Of a stretch of 64,000 nt of DNA, positions 19,955-28,825 are shown piece by piece. The stretch is taken from assembly GCA_963806225.1 (NCBI GenBank), contig CAWDXG010000004.1:1696001-1760000 (forward strand), in the 5' to 3' direction. How positions within the stretch are numbered: position 1 is the stretch's first letter; the number at the start of each line of letters is the position of its first letter. This DNA comes from an uncultured delta proteobacterium (GTDB taxonomy: Bacteria > Myxococcota_A > Polyangia > Polyangiales > Polyangiaceae). The translations under genes and the position numbers were made by a program. Under the pieces are notes generated by a model. It saw nothing but the letters and a program-made list of their open reading frames with translations. It was not told where the DNA came from and did not search any database.

Positions 19955-21300
19955 CGGAATTCGCTTGTCGGTGGTGGACGCGATGCGTCCCGCGCCTTTC
20001 GACGGTCACCGACCCCGCAACAACGCCTGCCGACGCCATTGCGACATCATCGCTTCAATGTGGATTCCGCTAGCCGGACCCGCGCAGTTCGCGCTGGCTT
20101 GGCCCGGAGCAGGTGGCAGAGGTGTTGGCTCGTGCCAGCTTCGGTGGAAAGTGATGACGGCGCGCCCCGCAGGACCGCGCTCTCGCGCAATCGCGAGCGC
20201 TGACCCCCCGTGCCTTCCGGCTGGAGGAAGCCTTCACCGTAACACTCCGACCTCTGGCGCTCCGTGTCGTCGACCGCACACCGTCGAGCAGTTCCATCGA
20301 CCGCCCGGCAGCTGACCCCCGACATACCTTGACGATGCCACGCGGGGCTTGATACGCCCGACCAGAACCGTGCCTACGTCGCCCGGTTTAGGGGCGAACG
20401 CCATGCACGATCCAAAGCGCCTTCCGTCGTACCGGAAACCCGCGGCATTCCGCCGCGAGCTACAGCTACCCTCCCAGGGTTATCCACACAAGGAGGGAAG
20501 CTCTTCTGCACCCGTTCGCCTGGCTTGCTCCGCGACGCCGCGTCAACGGCCCCTCGGCTCCCACCTGGCTATGCCGCCCTCCAGCCCGGGTCTTGCGACC
20601 GCGAGCCGGAAAAACGGCCAGAGATGCATCCGACCGACTTCTGCAATCCACATTTCAAAGACGAGCACCCATGCTCCGTGTGAAGACCGGATCGCTTGCA
20701 GGGCAAAAACCCCGTGCTCACCGGTGGGTTTCGCGTTCACGCGCTCGACCCGCTTCGGTCTGCCGACTCGAGCCCACGCCGGGTGTTGTCTTCCCGACCC
20801 GGGTCCGCGAGATGGCTGGACCTCTGACGCCCCTGTCACCGCCGGACGGCCGACAACGCCTTGCGGCGATGCCGTCTGCCCGACGACCGAGACCGCCTTT
20901 CCCGTCGCTCCGTGAAGAAGCGGTGGTTCCAGACGATCCGGGACGCCTTCCCTCGCCAAGGAGCCTTTCCGGGGCCCTTTGCCCGACCCCGCAGGTGTTC
21001 GCCACCGTGGATCCGGCTGTCGGCGCCTTTTCGCCCTCGCGGGTTTCCCCGTTCGGGCTAGGCCCCGTCCACCCTCCGCAGCCGCAACCGCAGATGGCTT
21101 TTCTGGACCTGACGCCGCTTGACGACTTCTGCTTTCAACACGAACAGTACGGGCACGCCGACGAACGGTTGCTCCTCGCGTGGACGGCGATTTCCCGCCT
21201 TCCACTGCCTCGTGCGGCAAAGCCGCCTCGGCTGCGAGCGGCGCGGCGAACGGGATTCGAATCCCGCGGCGCCCGGAGGCGCCAGACCGCACCGGCCGGA
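19917..21300 (-). ncRNA. Candidate large structured non-coding RNA (or tandem RNA array) of unrecognised family; 5' end approximate
   Basis: No credible ORF; minus-strand GNRA hairpins at 20589-20600, 20857-20868 and 21040-21051; G-U strand asymmetry; recurring sequence motifs; ends at a minus-strand terminator. Confidence 0.6.
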
Positions 21301-21779
21301 AGACCCCGAGCTAGCTTGCGCGCAGCGGCGTAGAAGCCAACTCGAACTCTCCCGAGCTCCCCTAGTGTCGCCGACCAGTGCCGCGCCGGGCCTGGAAATC
21401 CCGGAACGCGATTCTGACCGGCCAAGACTCCCTTCCTGCCTCTCGCGCGAACGATAGAGGCTTTCCGGAAAGCCAGGGGGGCCTTCGAAGTTAGCCAGGA
21501 AGCCTTTCCGGGAGCGCTACCTCCCGGGGAACCGCCGCGCCCTGCGATGCCGAAACGCCGCTGGGCCCGGAACGCGCCTTTTTTCCACCAGCCAGGCTGG
21601 GCCGCCTTGACGGGCTGACCAGTCCAACTTGGCGGCGGCTGCCGTGCCCCGCTCCGACGAAATGCCGGGTCGGGTGACGACGCACCGCGGCGCCCCTGAA
21701 CAACTTCTACGAACCATCCATCCGCGGGCAGATGTGCCGCGAACTTCCAAGGCCCCTTATGACCCAAAGCTGGCAAACA

Positions 21780-22015
21780 GATCAAGAAGAAAATAGAAAA
21801 CAAGCAAAGAAAAGTTCTCCACAGGTTACTCCCAGCTTGTCCAGAGTCGTGCCTGGACAAGCTCTGGAAAACCTGGGGCCCGCGACTAGTCCAGCATCAA
21901 TCCAGCCGCAGATCAAGCCTCCAACCAGACCGCCCGCACTCGCACCCGGTATTATATGCTTTGTTATGTACGTTTGATTTATGCATTTGAATATTGAAAT
22001 AATGACTATTGACTG
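21780..22015. other. Cluster of degenerate DnaA-box-like 9-mers with A-rich and AT-rich flanks (oriC-like or DnaA-binding locus)
   Basis: TTCTCCACA 21815, TTACTCCCA 21826, TTGTCCAGA 21837 (forward); reverse-complement TTGTCCAGG 21852 and TTTTCCAGA 21863; AT-rich tract ~21950-22014. Confidence 0.4.
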
Positions 22016-22195
22016 AGGCGGCTCACTAGCCGCGACTCGACGGCTGCAGAGCGCCGGCCACGGGGCCGCTCGCACGTCGCCCGCTCGAGATGATTCGAGG
22101 TACTGGACGCCACTTTTGCCCACATCCACCTACGGCGCGCACAGGCGGCGCTTTTCTCCCCTTCAGTTTCGACGAGTCTCGCCGTTCGTAGCGTC

Positions 22196-23431
22196 ATGAC
22201 CATAACAACGGGGACGGCGGCAAAGCCCGGGGACACGCCGGCCATAGTGGACGCGAAGGTGGGGTCCGGTCGGGTTCAAGTCCCGACGCGGGGGAGGGTT
22301 CTGCTCGTTGACGACGACCCCACCGTGCTTCGCAGCTTCAGTCGTTCGCTGCGTCGGGCCGGCTTCGACGTCGAGACTGCGGCGGACGGCCAGACAGCCG
22401 TCAAGCGGGTCGACAACGAAACCTTCGACGTGATCCTCAGTGATATCGCGATGCCGGGGATGAGCGGCATCCAGCTTCTGAGGGAGGTGCGCGAACACGA
22501 CCTGCACGTCCCGGTGATACTGGTGACGGGCGATCCGGCAGTACGCACGGCCGTCCAGGCGCTGGAGTACGGCGCGTTCCACTATCTCACCAAGCCGGTC
22601 GAGAGCAGCGAGCTCGAGTCCGTCGTCGAGAAGGCCGTGCAGCTGCACCGCATGGCGCAGTTCAAGGAGCAAGCGGCTGCGCTCCTGGGAAATTCCGGCG
22701 CGCTGGGCGCTGACCGCGCAGGCCTGGAAGCAAGCCTGCGGCGTGCGATGGAAACGCTGTGGATGGCCTACCAGCCCGTCGTGAGCGTCGAGAACCACAA
22801 GGTGTTCGGCTACGAAGCCCTGCTGCGGAGCGACGAACCAAGCCTGCCGCATCCCGGGGCGGTCATCGACGCTGCCGACCGGCTCGGGCGGCTGGACGAG
22901 CTGGGACGCACGATCCGTGCTCGAGCTACCGAGCCGTTCCTGGAACCAGAGAACCCCGGCATGCTGTTCGTCAACCTCAATCCAACCGACCTGCTCGACG
23001 CCGAACTGTGGTCACCGCACGCGCCGCTATCCAGCATCGCCAACCGGGTCGTGCTCGAAATCACCGAGCGAGCCTCGCTGGACGCGGTGAAGGACGTGCG
23101 CCAACGGGTAGCGACGCTCCGCGACATGGGATTCCGGATTGCGGTCGACGATCTGGGGGCGGGTTACGCCGGATTGACCAGCTTCGCGCTGTTGGAACCG
23201 GAAATCGTCAAGCTGGACATGTCGTTGGTGCGCGATATCCACATCACGCCGACCAAACAGAAGATCGTGCGGTCGATGACCGCCCTGTCCAAGGACATGG
23301 GCATGCTGGTCGTTGCCGAAGGCGTAGAGAACGCAGAAGAGCGCGACACACTCATCGAGCTCGGTTGCGACCTGCTCCAGGGCTTCTTCCTTGCGCGGCC
23401 TGGTCGGCCGTTTCCGGAGGTCGCGTGGTAA
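22196..23431 (+). CDS. Response regulator with EAL c-di-GMP phosphodiesterase domain (REC-EAL)
   Basis: VLLVDDD...DIAMPGMSG...YLTKP; YQPVV...GYEALLR, LEITE, AVDDLGAGY, VKLD, VVAEGVE, LLQG. Confidence 0.93.
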   Translation: MTITTGTAAKPGDTPAIVDAKVGSGRVQVPTRGRVLLVDDDPTVLRSFSRSLRRAGFDVETAADGQTAVKRVDNETFDVILSDIAMPGMSGIQLLREVREHDLHVPVILVTGDPAVRTAVQALEYGAFHYLTKPVESSELESVVEKAVQLHRMAQFKEQAAALLGNSGALGADRAGLEASLRRAMETLWMAYQPVVSVENHKVFGYEALLRSDEPSLPHPGAVIDAADRLGRLDELGRTIRARATEPFLEPENPGMLFVNLNPTDLLDAELWSPHAPLSSIANRVVLEITERASLDAVKDVRQRVATLRDMGFRIAVDDLGAGYAGLTSFALLEPEIVKLDMSLVRDIHITPTKQKIVRSMTALSKDMGMLVVAEGVENAEERDTLIELGCDLLQGFFLARPGRPFPEVAW

Positions 23432-24729
23432 AGCCTCCGTCCGGCCCGGCCCGCACCCCGGAACCGGATGCTCTGCCGGGCTCCCGCCAGGTCTGGTTGC
23501 CGCCCGCGACAAGTGGCAGATACGCGTTCGGCAATAGCGAGCCGACGAACCCCGAGATGCGTGCGGTGCGCGTCAAGGCGGCCGCGTACTCCCCGCCTCC
23601 CCACGTCTCCGCCGTCGGCGGCCCTTCGCCCACCGCCGTCACGGCCCAGGAAATGCCCGCGGTGCGCGTCAAAGCGGTCGCGTACTCCCTGCCTCCCAAC
23701 GTCTCCGCCGTCGGCGGCCCTTCGCCCACCGCCATCACGGCCCAGGAAATGCCCGCGGTGCGGCCTGACGCCGAGCGCTCCAGCGTCTCGTCGCTACCGC
23801 CCTACGAGGACAACGACGCGATCACGGACGTCACGGAGATGTCGCGGCATACCGACGTCGGCGCGCCCCCTTCCCTGCCAGCAGAGCGCGACCGCTCGCT
23901 GCTTGTCCGGATGGACGGCGTCAGCGCTGGGCAGGTCGAGTCGGTCGGCCGCACCGAGCTCTCGATCGGTCGCCATCCTTCCAACGCGCTCACCATTCAG
24001 GACGGCGGGATCAGCCGGCAGCATGCTCGCATACTGTCAGTGGACAACAAGCACGTCATCGAGGATCTCGGCTCGCGAAATGGAACCTACGTCCAAGGTA
24101 GCCGTATCACGCGCGCCGAGCTGAACGACGGCGACTGGATCCAGCTCGGTCCGCGCGCGAGCTTCCGCTACTCCGTCACCGACGCCAAGCAGGAAGTGCT
24201 AATGCGCCAGCTGTACGAATCCAGCACGCGCGACGCACTGACCGGCGCCCACAATCGCCAGCATTTCGAGGAACGGTTGCGCACGGAGGTGGCGTACGCC
24301 GTTCGCCATTCCACCAACGTGTCGCTGGTGTTGTTCGACCTGGACTATTTCAAGCGTGTCAACGACAACTACGGTCACCTGGCCGGCGATGCGGTGCTCA
24401 GGAGCGTGGCTGCGACGGTTGGAGCGCGACTGCGTGCCGAGGACGTTTTTGCCCGCTACGGTGGCGAGGAGTTCGCGGTGGTGCTGCGGGGCATCGATGC
24501 CACCGGTGCCCAGCGCGTGGCCGAAAGGCTGCGGAGCTCCATCGCCGACACGGTCGTGAACTACAAGGGGCTGAGCCTCCAGATCACGATCAGCGCCGGC
24601 TCGGCGGCCCTGTCGGAGTGCTCCCGCCCGACCGGCATCGAGCTGGTGGGGCTCGCCGATCGCCGCCTCTACGTGGCGAAGGACGGCGGGCGAAACCGCG
24701 TCGTGGCGGAGATTGAGCCGCTCGCCTAG
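23425..24729 (+). CDS. FHA-GGDEF diguanylate cyclase with repetitive N-terminal extension
   Basis: GGAGG 23416-23420 before GTG 23425, overlapping the EAL stop; FHA IGRH...ISRQHA...DLGSRNGT; RDALTGAHNR, DLDYFKRVND, RAED I-site, RYGGEEF. Confidence 0.9.
   Translation: MVKPPSGPARTPEPDALPGSRQVWLPPATSGRYAFGNSEPTNPEMRAVRVKAAAYSPPPHVSAVGGPSPTAVTAQEMPAVRVKAVAYSLPPNVSAVGGPSPTAITAQEMPAVRPDAERSSVSSLPPYEDNDAITDVTEMSRHTDVGAPPSLPAERDRSLLVRMDGVSAGQVESVGRTELSIGRHPSNALTIQDGGISRQHARILSVDNKHVIEDLGSRNGTYVQGSRITRAELNDGDWIQLGPRASFRYSVTDAKQEVLMRQLYESSTRDALTGAHNRQHFEERLRTEVAYAVRHSTNVSLVLFDLDYFKRVNDNYGHLAGDAVLRSVAATVGARLRAEDVFARYGGEEFAVVLRGIDATGAQRVAERLRSSIADTVVNYKGLSLQITISAGSAALSECSRPTGIELVGLADRRLYVAKDGGRNRVVAEIEPLA
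23554..23763 (+). repeat. In-frame 96-bp (32-aa) tandem duplication, ~2.2 copies
   Basis: Units start at 23554, 23650 and 23746: EM(R/P)AVRVKA(A/V)AYS(P/L)PP(H/N)VSAVGGPSPTA(V/I)TAQ. Confidence 0.92.
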
Positions 24730-24828
24730 CCGGGCAGGCCCGAAAGCGGTCGACTAGGCCACAAAAGTGGCGCGGAGCGTGCCGCCGCCCTGTTGCAGAA
24801 TCGCGACCGTCGATGTACAGAAACCGCC

Positions 24829-25032
24829 GTGTCCATCGATCTCGATTCGCTGAAGGCCGAACGCGACAAGTTGAAGGACGGCCTGCGGGAGCTGGAGGCC
24901 GAGCAGCGCAAGGTCGATGCCGAGCTCAAAGCCCTGCGCCAGCGGGAGATCCAGACCAAGCGCGAGATCGAGGCGCTCGGGACGCTGATCGAGATCAACG
25001 AGGGGCGGGCCGCCACCAAGGACGGCGGCTGA
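24829..25032 (+). CDS. Small coiled-coil protein
   Basis: IDLDSLKAERDKLKDGLRELEAEQRKVDAELKALRQREIQTKREIEALGTLIE heptad pattern; GC3 bias. Confidence 0.75.
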   Translation: MSIDLDSLKAERDKLKDGLRELEAEQRKVDAELKALRQREIQTKREIEALGTLIEINEGRAATKDGG

Positions 25033-25048
25033 GCCCGCCGGCTGCTTG

Positions 25049-26386
25049 CTAGCCGTCGTCCGCGCTCTGTGCAGCCGGAGCGACGACCGCCAGATAGCCC
25101 CTGCTGATCTCCGGCCCGGACGGGCGCGAGCGCTCGCCGCCCGAGGCGAAGGCGTCGACCACCTCGGCCAGCTTCGGCTCCGGTAGCGGCTCCGGCAGCT
25201 CGCGCGCCGCGCCAGGTGCAGCCAGCTCCTCCACGTGCAGCGTCTGGGTGGGGAACGCGAAGGAGACACCCACGTCGCGCGCCAGGCGCATGATCTCCAG
25301 CATCACGTTGTGACGCTGGCGCAGCTCCTCCGACCAGGATTCGACCTTGAAGAAGAAATAGACCATCACGTCCAGCGAGCTCGCGCCGAAACCGGACATG
25401 TGGACCTCGTAGTAGTCCTTCCGCGTGTGCTCGTTGGCCTGGATGACGGCGCGGACGCCCTCCACGAATGCCTGCATCTGCTCCGGCGTCGTGTCGTAGG
25501 TCAGGTTCAGCGTCAAGAACGTCCGCCGGTACTCCCGCACCCCGTAGTTGTCGATGTTCGCCTCGGTGAACTTCGCGTTCGGAACAGTGACCAGCGAATT
25601 GTAGAAAGTGCGGATGCGCGTCGAACGGAACCCGACCTCCTCCACGATACCCTCGACGCCGCCCACGGCAACCCAGTCGCCGATCTGGAACGGGCGGTCG
25701 ATGAAGATCATGATGCTGCCGAAGAAGTTCGCGATCGTGTCCTTGGCAGCCAGCGCGACCGCCACGCCACCGATGCCCAGTCCTGCGAGGAGCGACCCGA
25801 CGTTGATACTGAGGTTCTGGAGGATGAACAGGATGCCGGCGACGACCGTGAAGATCTTGAGCGATTTCCGGACGAGTGGGACGAGCTGATCGTCGAGCTT
25901 GGACTCGGTCTTCTCGGCCTTCTCCATCATGCGCTCGGAGAAGACGTCGACCAGGCGATACGCCGCCCACACGATCGACACCACAACGAGCATCCGGACC
26001 ACGACGCTCACGACCAGAGCCGCCTTCGCCGGCAGCCCCAGCTCCGGGTAGAAGACCCGCAGCATGACCGCCATCACCAGCGTGGCGCCCGGCGATGCGA
26101 ACACGTCCACCAGGCGCGTGGCCCAGGCGTGCTCCTCGACCAGATGCCGCACGCGGCTGTTGACGACGGCCTGGATGATCTTCCGGACGACCAGCGCCAG
26201 GATGAAGACCAGGAACAGCGCCAGGTACTGCCAGATCGCGACGCCGAAGACCTTTCCGTGGAAGGACCCGGGCAGATTGCGCGCGACGCGGTCGACCAGA
26301 CCCGAGCCCGGCTTCGCCCATGCGGAGCCGGCACACAGGGCCAGTGCGAGCGCGACCTGGGCCTGGATGAGCATTCGACGATTCAC
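25049..26386 (-). CDS. mscS: Small-conductance mechanosensitive channel (MscS family)
   Basis: LLAGLGIGGVAVALAAKDTIANFFGS...DRPFQIGDWV...GIVEEVGFRSTRIRTF...VPN; FAFPTQTL; AAGGAG RBS before GTG. Confidence 0.93.
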   Translation of the reverse strand: MNRRMLIQAQVALALALCAGSAWAKPGSGLVDRVARNLPGSFHGKVFGVAIWQYLALFLVFILALVVRKIIQAVVNSRVRHLVEEHAWATRLVDVFASPGATLVMAVMLRVFYPELGLPAKAALVVSVVVRMLVVVSIVWAAYRLVDVFSERMMEKAEKTESKLDDQLVPLVRKSLKIFTVVAGILFILQNLSINVGSLLAGLGIGGVAVALAAKDTIANFFGSIMIFIDRPFQIGDWVAVGGVEGIVEEVGFRSTRIRTFYNSLVTVPNAKFTEANIDNYGVREYRRTFLTLNLTYDTTPEQMQAFVEGVRAVIQANEHTRKDYYEVHMSGFGASSLDVMVYFFFKVESWSEELRQRHNVMLEIMRLARDVGVSFAFPTQTLHVEELAAPGAARELPEPLPEPKLAEVVDAFASGGERSRPSGPEISRGYLAVVAPAAQSADDG

Positions 26387-26405
26387 TGGTATTCTCCTTG
26401 TCGCA

Positions 26406-26825
26406 CTAGAGACGTGTCCCACCCAGCTTGAGGATGCGTTTGAAATGCACGGCGCTCACCGGGACCACGGACAGCCGCGAGCGCTTGATCAGTGCGATGT
26501 CCTGGAGCGCATCGTCACCCTTGATCGCTGCGAGCGAGACCGGCGCTTCAAGCGGGCGCAGCGGTACGATGTCCACGACCGACCAGTCGCCCTGTTGGGC
26601 AGTCGGGTCGGCGTAGGCCCCGCGTGCCACGCGCGCCACACCCACCACTTCCTTCCCCTCGTTCGAGTGGTAGAAGAGCACGAGATCGCCCTTCTTCATC
26701 GCGCGCAGGTTGTTGCGCGCTTCGAAGTTGCGGACGCCGTCCCAGTATGTGCGCTTGTCCTTGACCAGATCGGCCCAGGAGTACTTGTAGGGCTCGCTCT
26801 TCACGAGCCAGTGCTTCGTCGCCAT
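26406..26825 (-). CDS. EVE domain protein
   Basis: HWLVKSEP..YSW, WDGVRNFEARNNLRAMKKGDLVLFYHS, RLSVVPV. Confidence 0.95.
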   Translation of the reverse strand: MATKHWLVKSEPYKYSWADLVKDKRTYWDGVRNFEARNNLRAMKKGDLVLFYHSNEGKEVVGVARVARGAYADPTAQQGDWSVVDIVPLRPLEAPVSLAAIKGDDALQDIALIKRSRLSVVPVSAVHFKRILKLGGTRL

Positions 26826-26925
26826 TTCCGCTTCCTCGTCGCCGGGGCCCCGCGGCCCCGGGCAAGGCTTACACGAAAACAGCGCGCAGCTTAAGCCGGC
26901 GGCACGCCGCGCCGGTCCCGCGCGG

Positions 26926-28746
26926 CTACTGGGCGCCGTAGCTCAGCGTGTACTTGGAGCAGACCGGATTGCCACCCGGGCTCTCGACGAGGACATCGGT
27001 GGGCCCGGGCTTGCCGGTAAGGCACGTCAGCCGAGCCAGCACGGGAGCGCCCGTCGCACAGCACCCCGACAGTTTTCCCACCGTGGTCTGCGTCCCGCCC
27101 AGGCACTGGAAGTTGGTGTTCCCATTGCCGCACGACGGAATCACACAGACCTTGAGCGACGAATCGTTCGTCGAGGCGGTGAGCGTCGGATTGGTGCACA
27201 GCGTCGTGGAAATCGTATAGCGGTACCAGTCCAGATCCGCGAAGTCGCCGATCACTCCCGCGGTGTTCTTCGACCCGCTGCACGTCACGCTGGCAAGTGC
27301 ACTCGCCGATGCTGGCGAGTTGTTCGGCTCGCCGTAGGGGTCGCTGCAGCTCGAGAACCCGGCAGCGCCGTCCAGCCCGGCGTCGGCGCCGCCCGCGCCG
27401 CTGGTGCCGCCCGCGCCACCGGTGCCGCCGGTGCCGCCTGCCCCCCCGGCGCCGCCCGAGCCGCCTCCGCCCTCGACCCCGCCGTCGCCCGCGTCCACCC
27501 CGCCGTCGGTGTCCGGCGGGCAGCCCGGCAACGGCGTAACCTTCCGCACCGTGCCGCCAAAGGTCGCCTCCGCCGCGTCGAAGCCGATGCCGACCGAGAG
27601 GGCATCGCACTGCGCCTGCGGCGAGATCTTTCCGTTGGCGAGGATGTCGGCGAACTGGGACACGTAGCCGGTCATCAGCGTGTAGTCCGAGCCCACGGTG
27701 TTGGGGCACAGGCCGAGCTCTTCGAACCCGGACTTCAGATCCTCGATCGACGAGCGCCCGGCGATCGTGCCGTCGGTGATCTCCCAGTGACCGCTCTTGT
27801 CCTTCTGGAGCTTGCCGGCAACCACGCCTCCCTGCATCTTGAGGGGGTAGGCGCGGGTTACGCCGTTGTCACCCGGGAACCAGAACAGCACGTTGTCCGG
27901 AAGCTGCGCGATGATGTAGCCGTCGCGCACATAGGCGGCCGGGTCGTTGAGATCCGCGTCGGGCAGCGAGCCGTCCTTGGCCACGGTGCCCTGGTAGGTC
28001 TCCGGCTGGATGGTCCACGAGCCCCCCGCCTGCCACCAGCACTGCTGCGTCTTCCAGGTCTGGTTCGGGTCGTCCTTCTGGCACTGCCAGGGCGGCGGCG
28101 TCTCCAGGCCCGGCGAGGGATACATGTCGACGCGGACCTGGCTGTCGTTGGGCTGTCCGTCCCATTGGGAAATTCGAATGAGGAAGTTGTAGTCGCCGCG
28201 GCACAGTGCGCAGTTGAAGCCAGGGTTGCTGAGGCCGTATTTCTCGCTGATGCTGGGCAGCGAGACGGTGGTTTCTTCCAGCCTGCCGAAGGTGTTGTCC
28301 CGGCAGTCGTGCCCGTCTTTGGGGATCGTCGCACTGCGCGGCTTGCACGGTTGGGGAATGTCCCCGGTCGTCGAACAGGTGTCGGAGTTGGTGCACATTC
28401 CGTCGAGATCGAAGCCGAGGCTCATCCAGGGCGGGTTATTGTCGGTCCCCGGATTCCCTTTCCGGTCCAGCGAGCCGAGCGCCATGGAGCGTAGCGCGAG
28501 GATGATCGGCGGGATGCTCGGCCCATCGGCATTCTTGGGAGCATCGGCGGCGGTCGGCACGCCGGCGGAGACGCAGCCCGTCTTCTTGCTCTTGTACGAC
28601 CACCAGCCGACACCGCTGCCGTATTGGCTGGGATTCACCGGCACGTGGTCCGAACCGCCCAGGAGCGAGTCGTTGTAGACGTTGCAGGCGAAGAAACCGG
28701 CCATGGAAGCGAGCAGCAGAGCGCCGGCCAGCCTCGAGAATTGCAT
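26926..28746 (-). CDS. Cys-containing lipoprotein, paralog of 28826-30085, with extra Gly-rich linker and C-terminal domain
   Basis: FFAC lipobox; GFDLDGMCT, DGHDCRDNTF, QVRVDMYPSPGL, CDALSVGIGFDA; tail has EPNNS...DLDWY. Confidence 0.8.
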   Translation of the reverse strand: MQFSRLAGALLLASMAGFFACNVYNDSLLGGSDHVPVNPSQYGSGVGWWSYKSKKTGCVSAGVPTAADAPKNADGPSIPPIILALRSMALGSLDRKGNPGTDNNPPWMSLGFDLDGMCTNSDTCSTTGDIPQPCKPRSATIPKDGHDCRDNTFGRLEETTVSLPSISEKYGLSNPGFNCALCRGDYNFLIRISQWDGQPNDSQVRVDMYPSPGLETPPPWQCQKDDPNQTWKTQQCWWQAGGSWTIQPETYQGTVAKDGSLPDADLNDPAAYVRDGYIIAQLPDNVLFWFPGDNGVTRAYPLKMQGGVVAGKLQKDKSGHWEITDGTIAGRSSIEDLKSGFEELGLCPNTVGSDYTLMTGYVSQFADILANGKISPQAQCDALSVGIGFDAAEATFGGTVRKVTPLPGCPPDTDGGVDAGDGGVEGGGGSGGAGGAGGTGGTGGAGGTSGAGGADAGLDGAAGFSSCSDPYGEPNNSPASASALASVTCSGSKNTAGVIGDFADLDWYRYTISTTLCTNPTLTASTNDSSLKVCVIPSCGNGNTNFQCLGGTQTTVGKLSGCCATGAPVLARLTCLTGKPGPTDVLVESPGGNPVCSKYTLSYGAQ

Positions 28747-28825
28747 CCCGCCATTGTAGACGATTTTCCGCGAAATCTGCTCGGCGGCGCCCCGCGAAGG
28801 CAACCGAGGGCTCAAACCCGCGTGA

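Noticed and set aside
19917..21300. RNase P RNA, tmRNA, rRNA or group II intron as identity of the RNA candidate
   Set aside because: I could not find GAGGAAAGUCC (RNase P), tRNA-like tmRNA ends with a tag ORF, rRNA signatures, or a group II domain V / RT gene. This was by eye only; an Rfam scan is still needed.
21310..21345. sigma70-type promoter for the RNA candidate (minus-strand TTGGCT ... CAAGCT)
   Set aside because: The -10 match is too weak to call without TSS data.
19965..21860. ORFs of 70-250 aa on both strands in the large gap
   Set aside because: Arg/Pro/Ser-rich, no recognisable motifs, no clear GC3 periodicity or RBS; better explained as chance ORFs over structured RNA.
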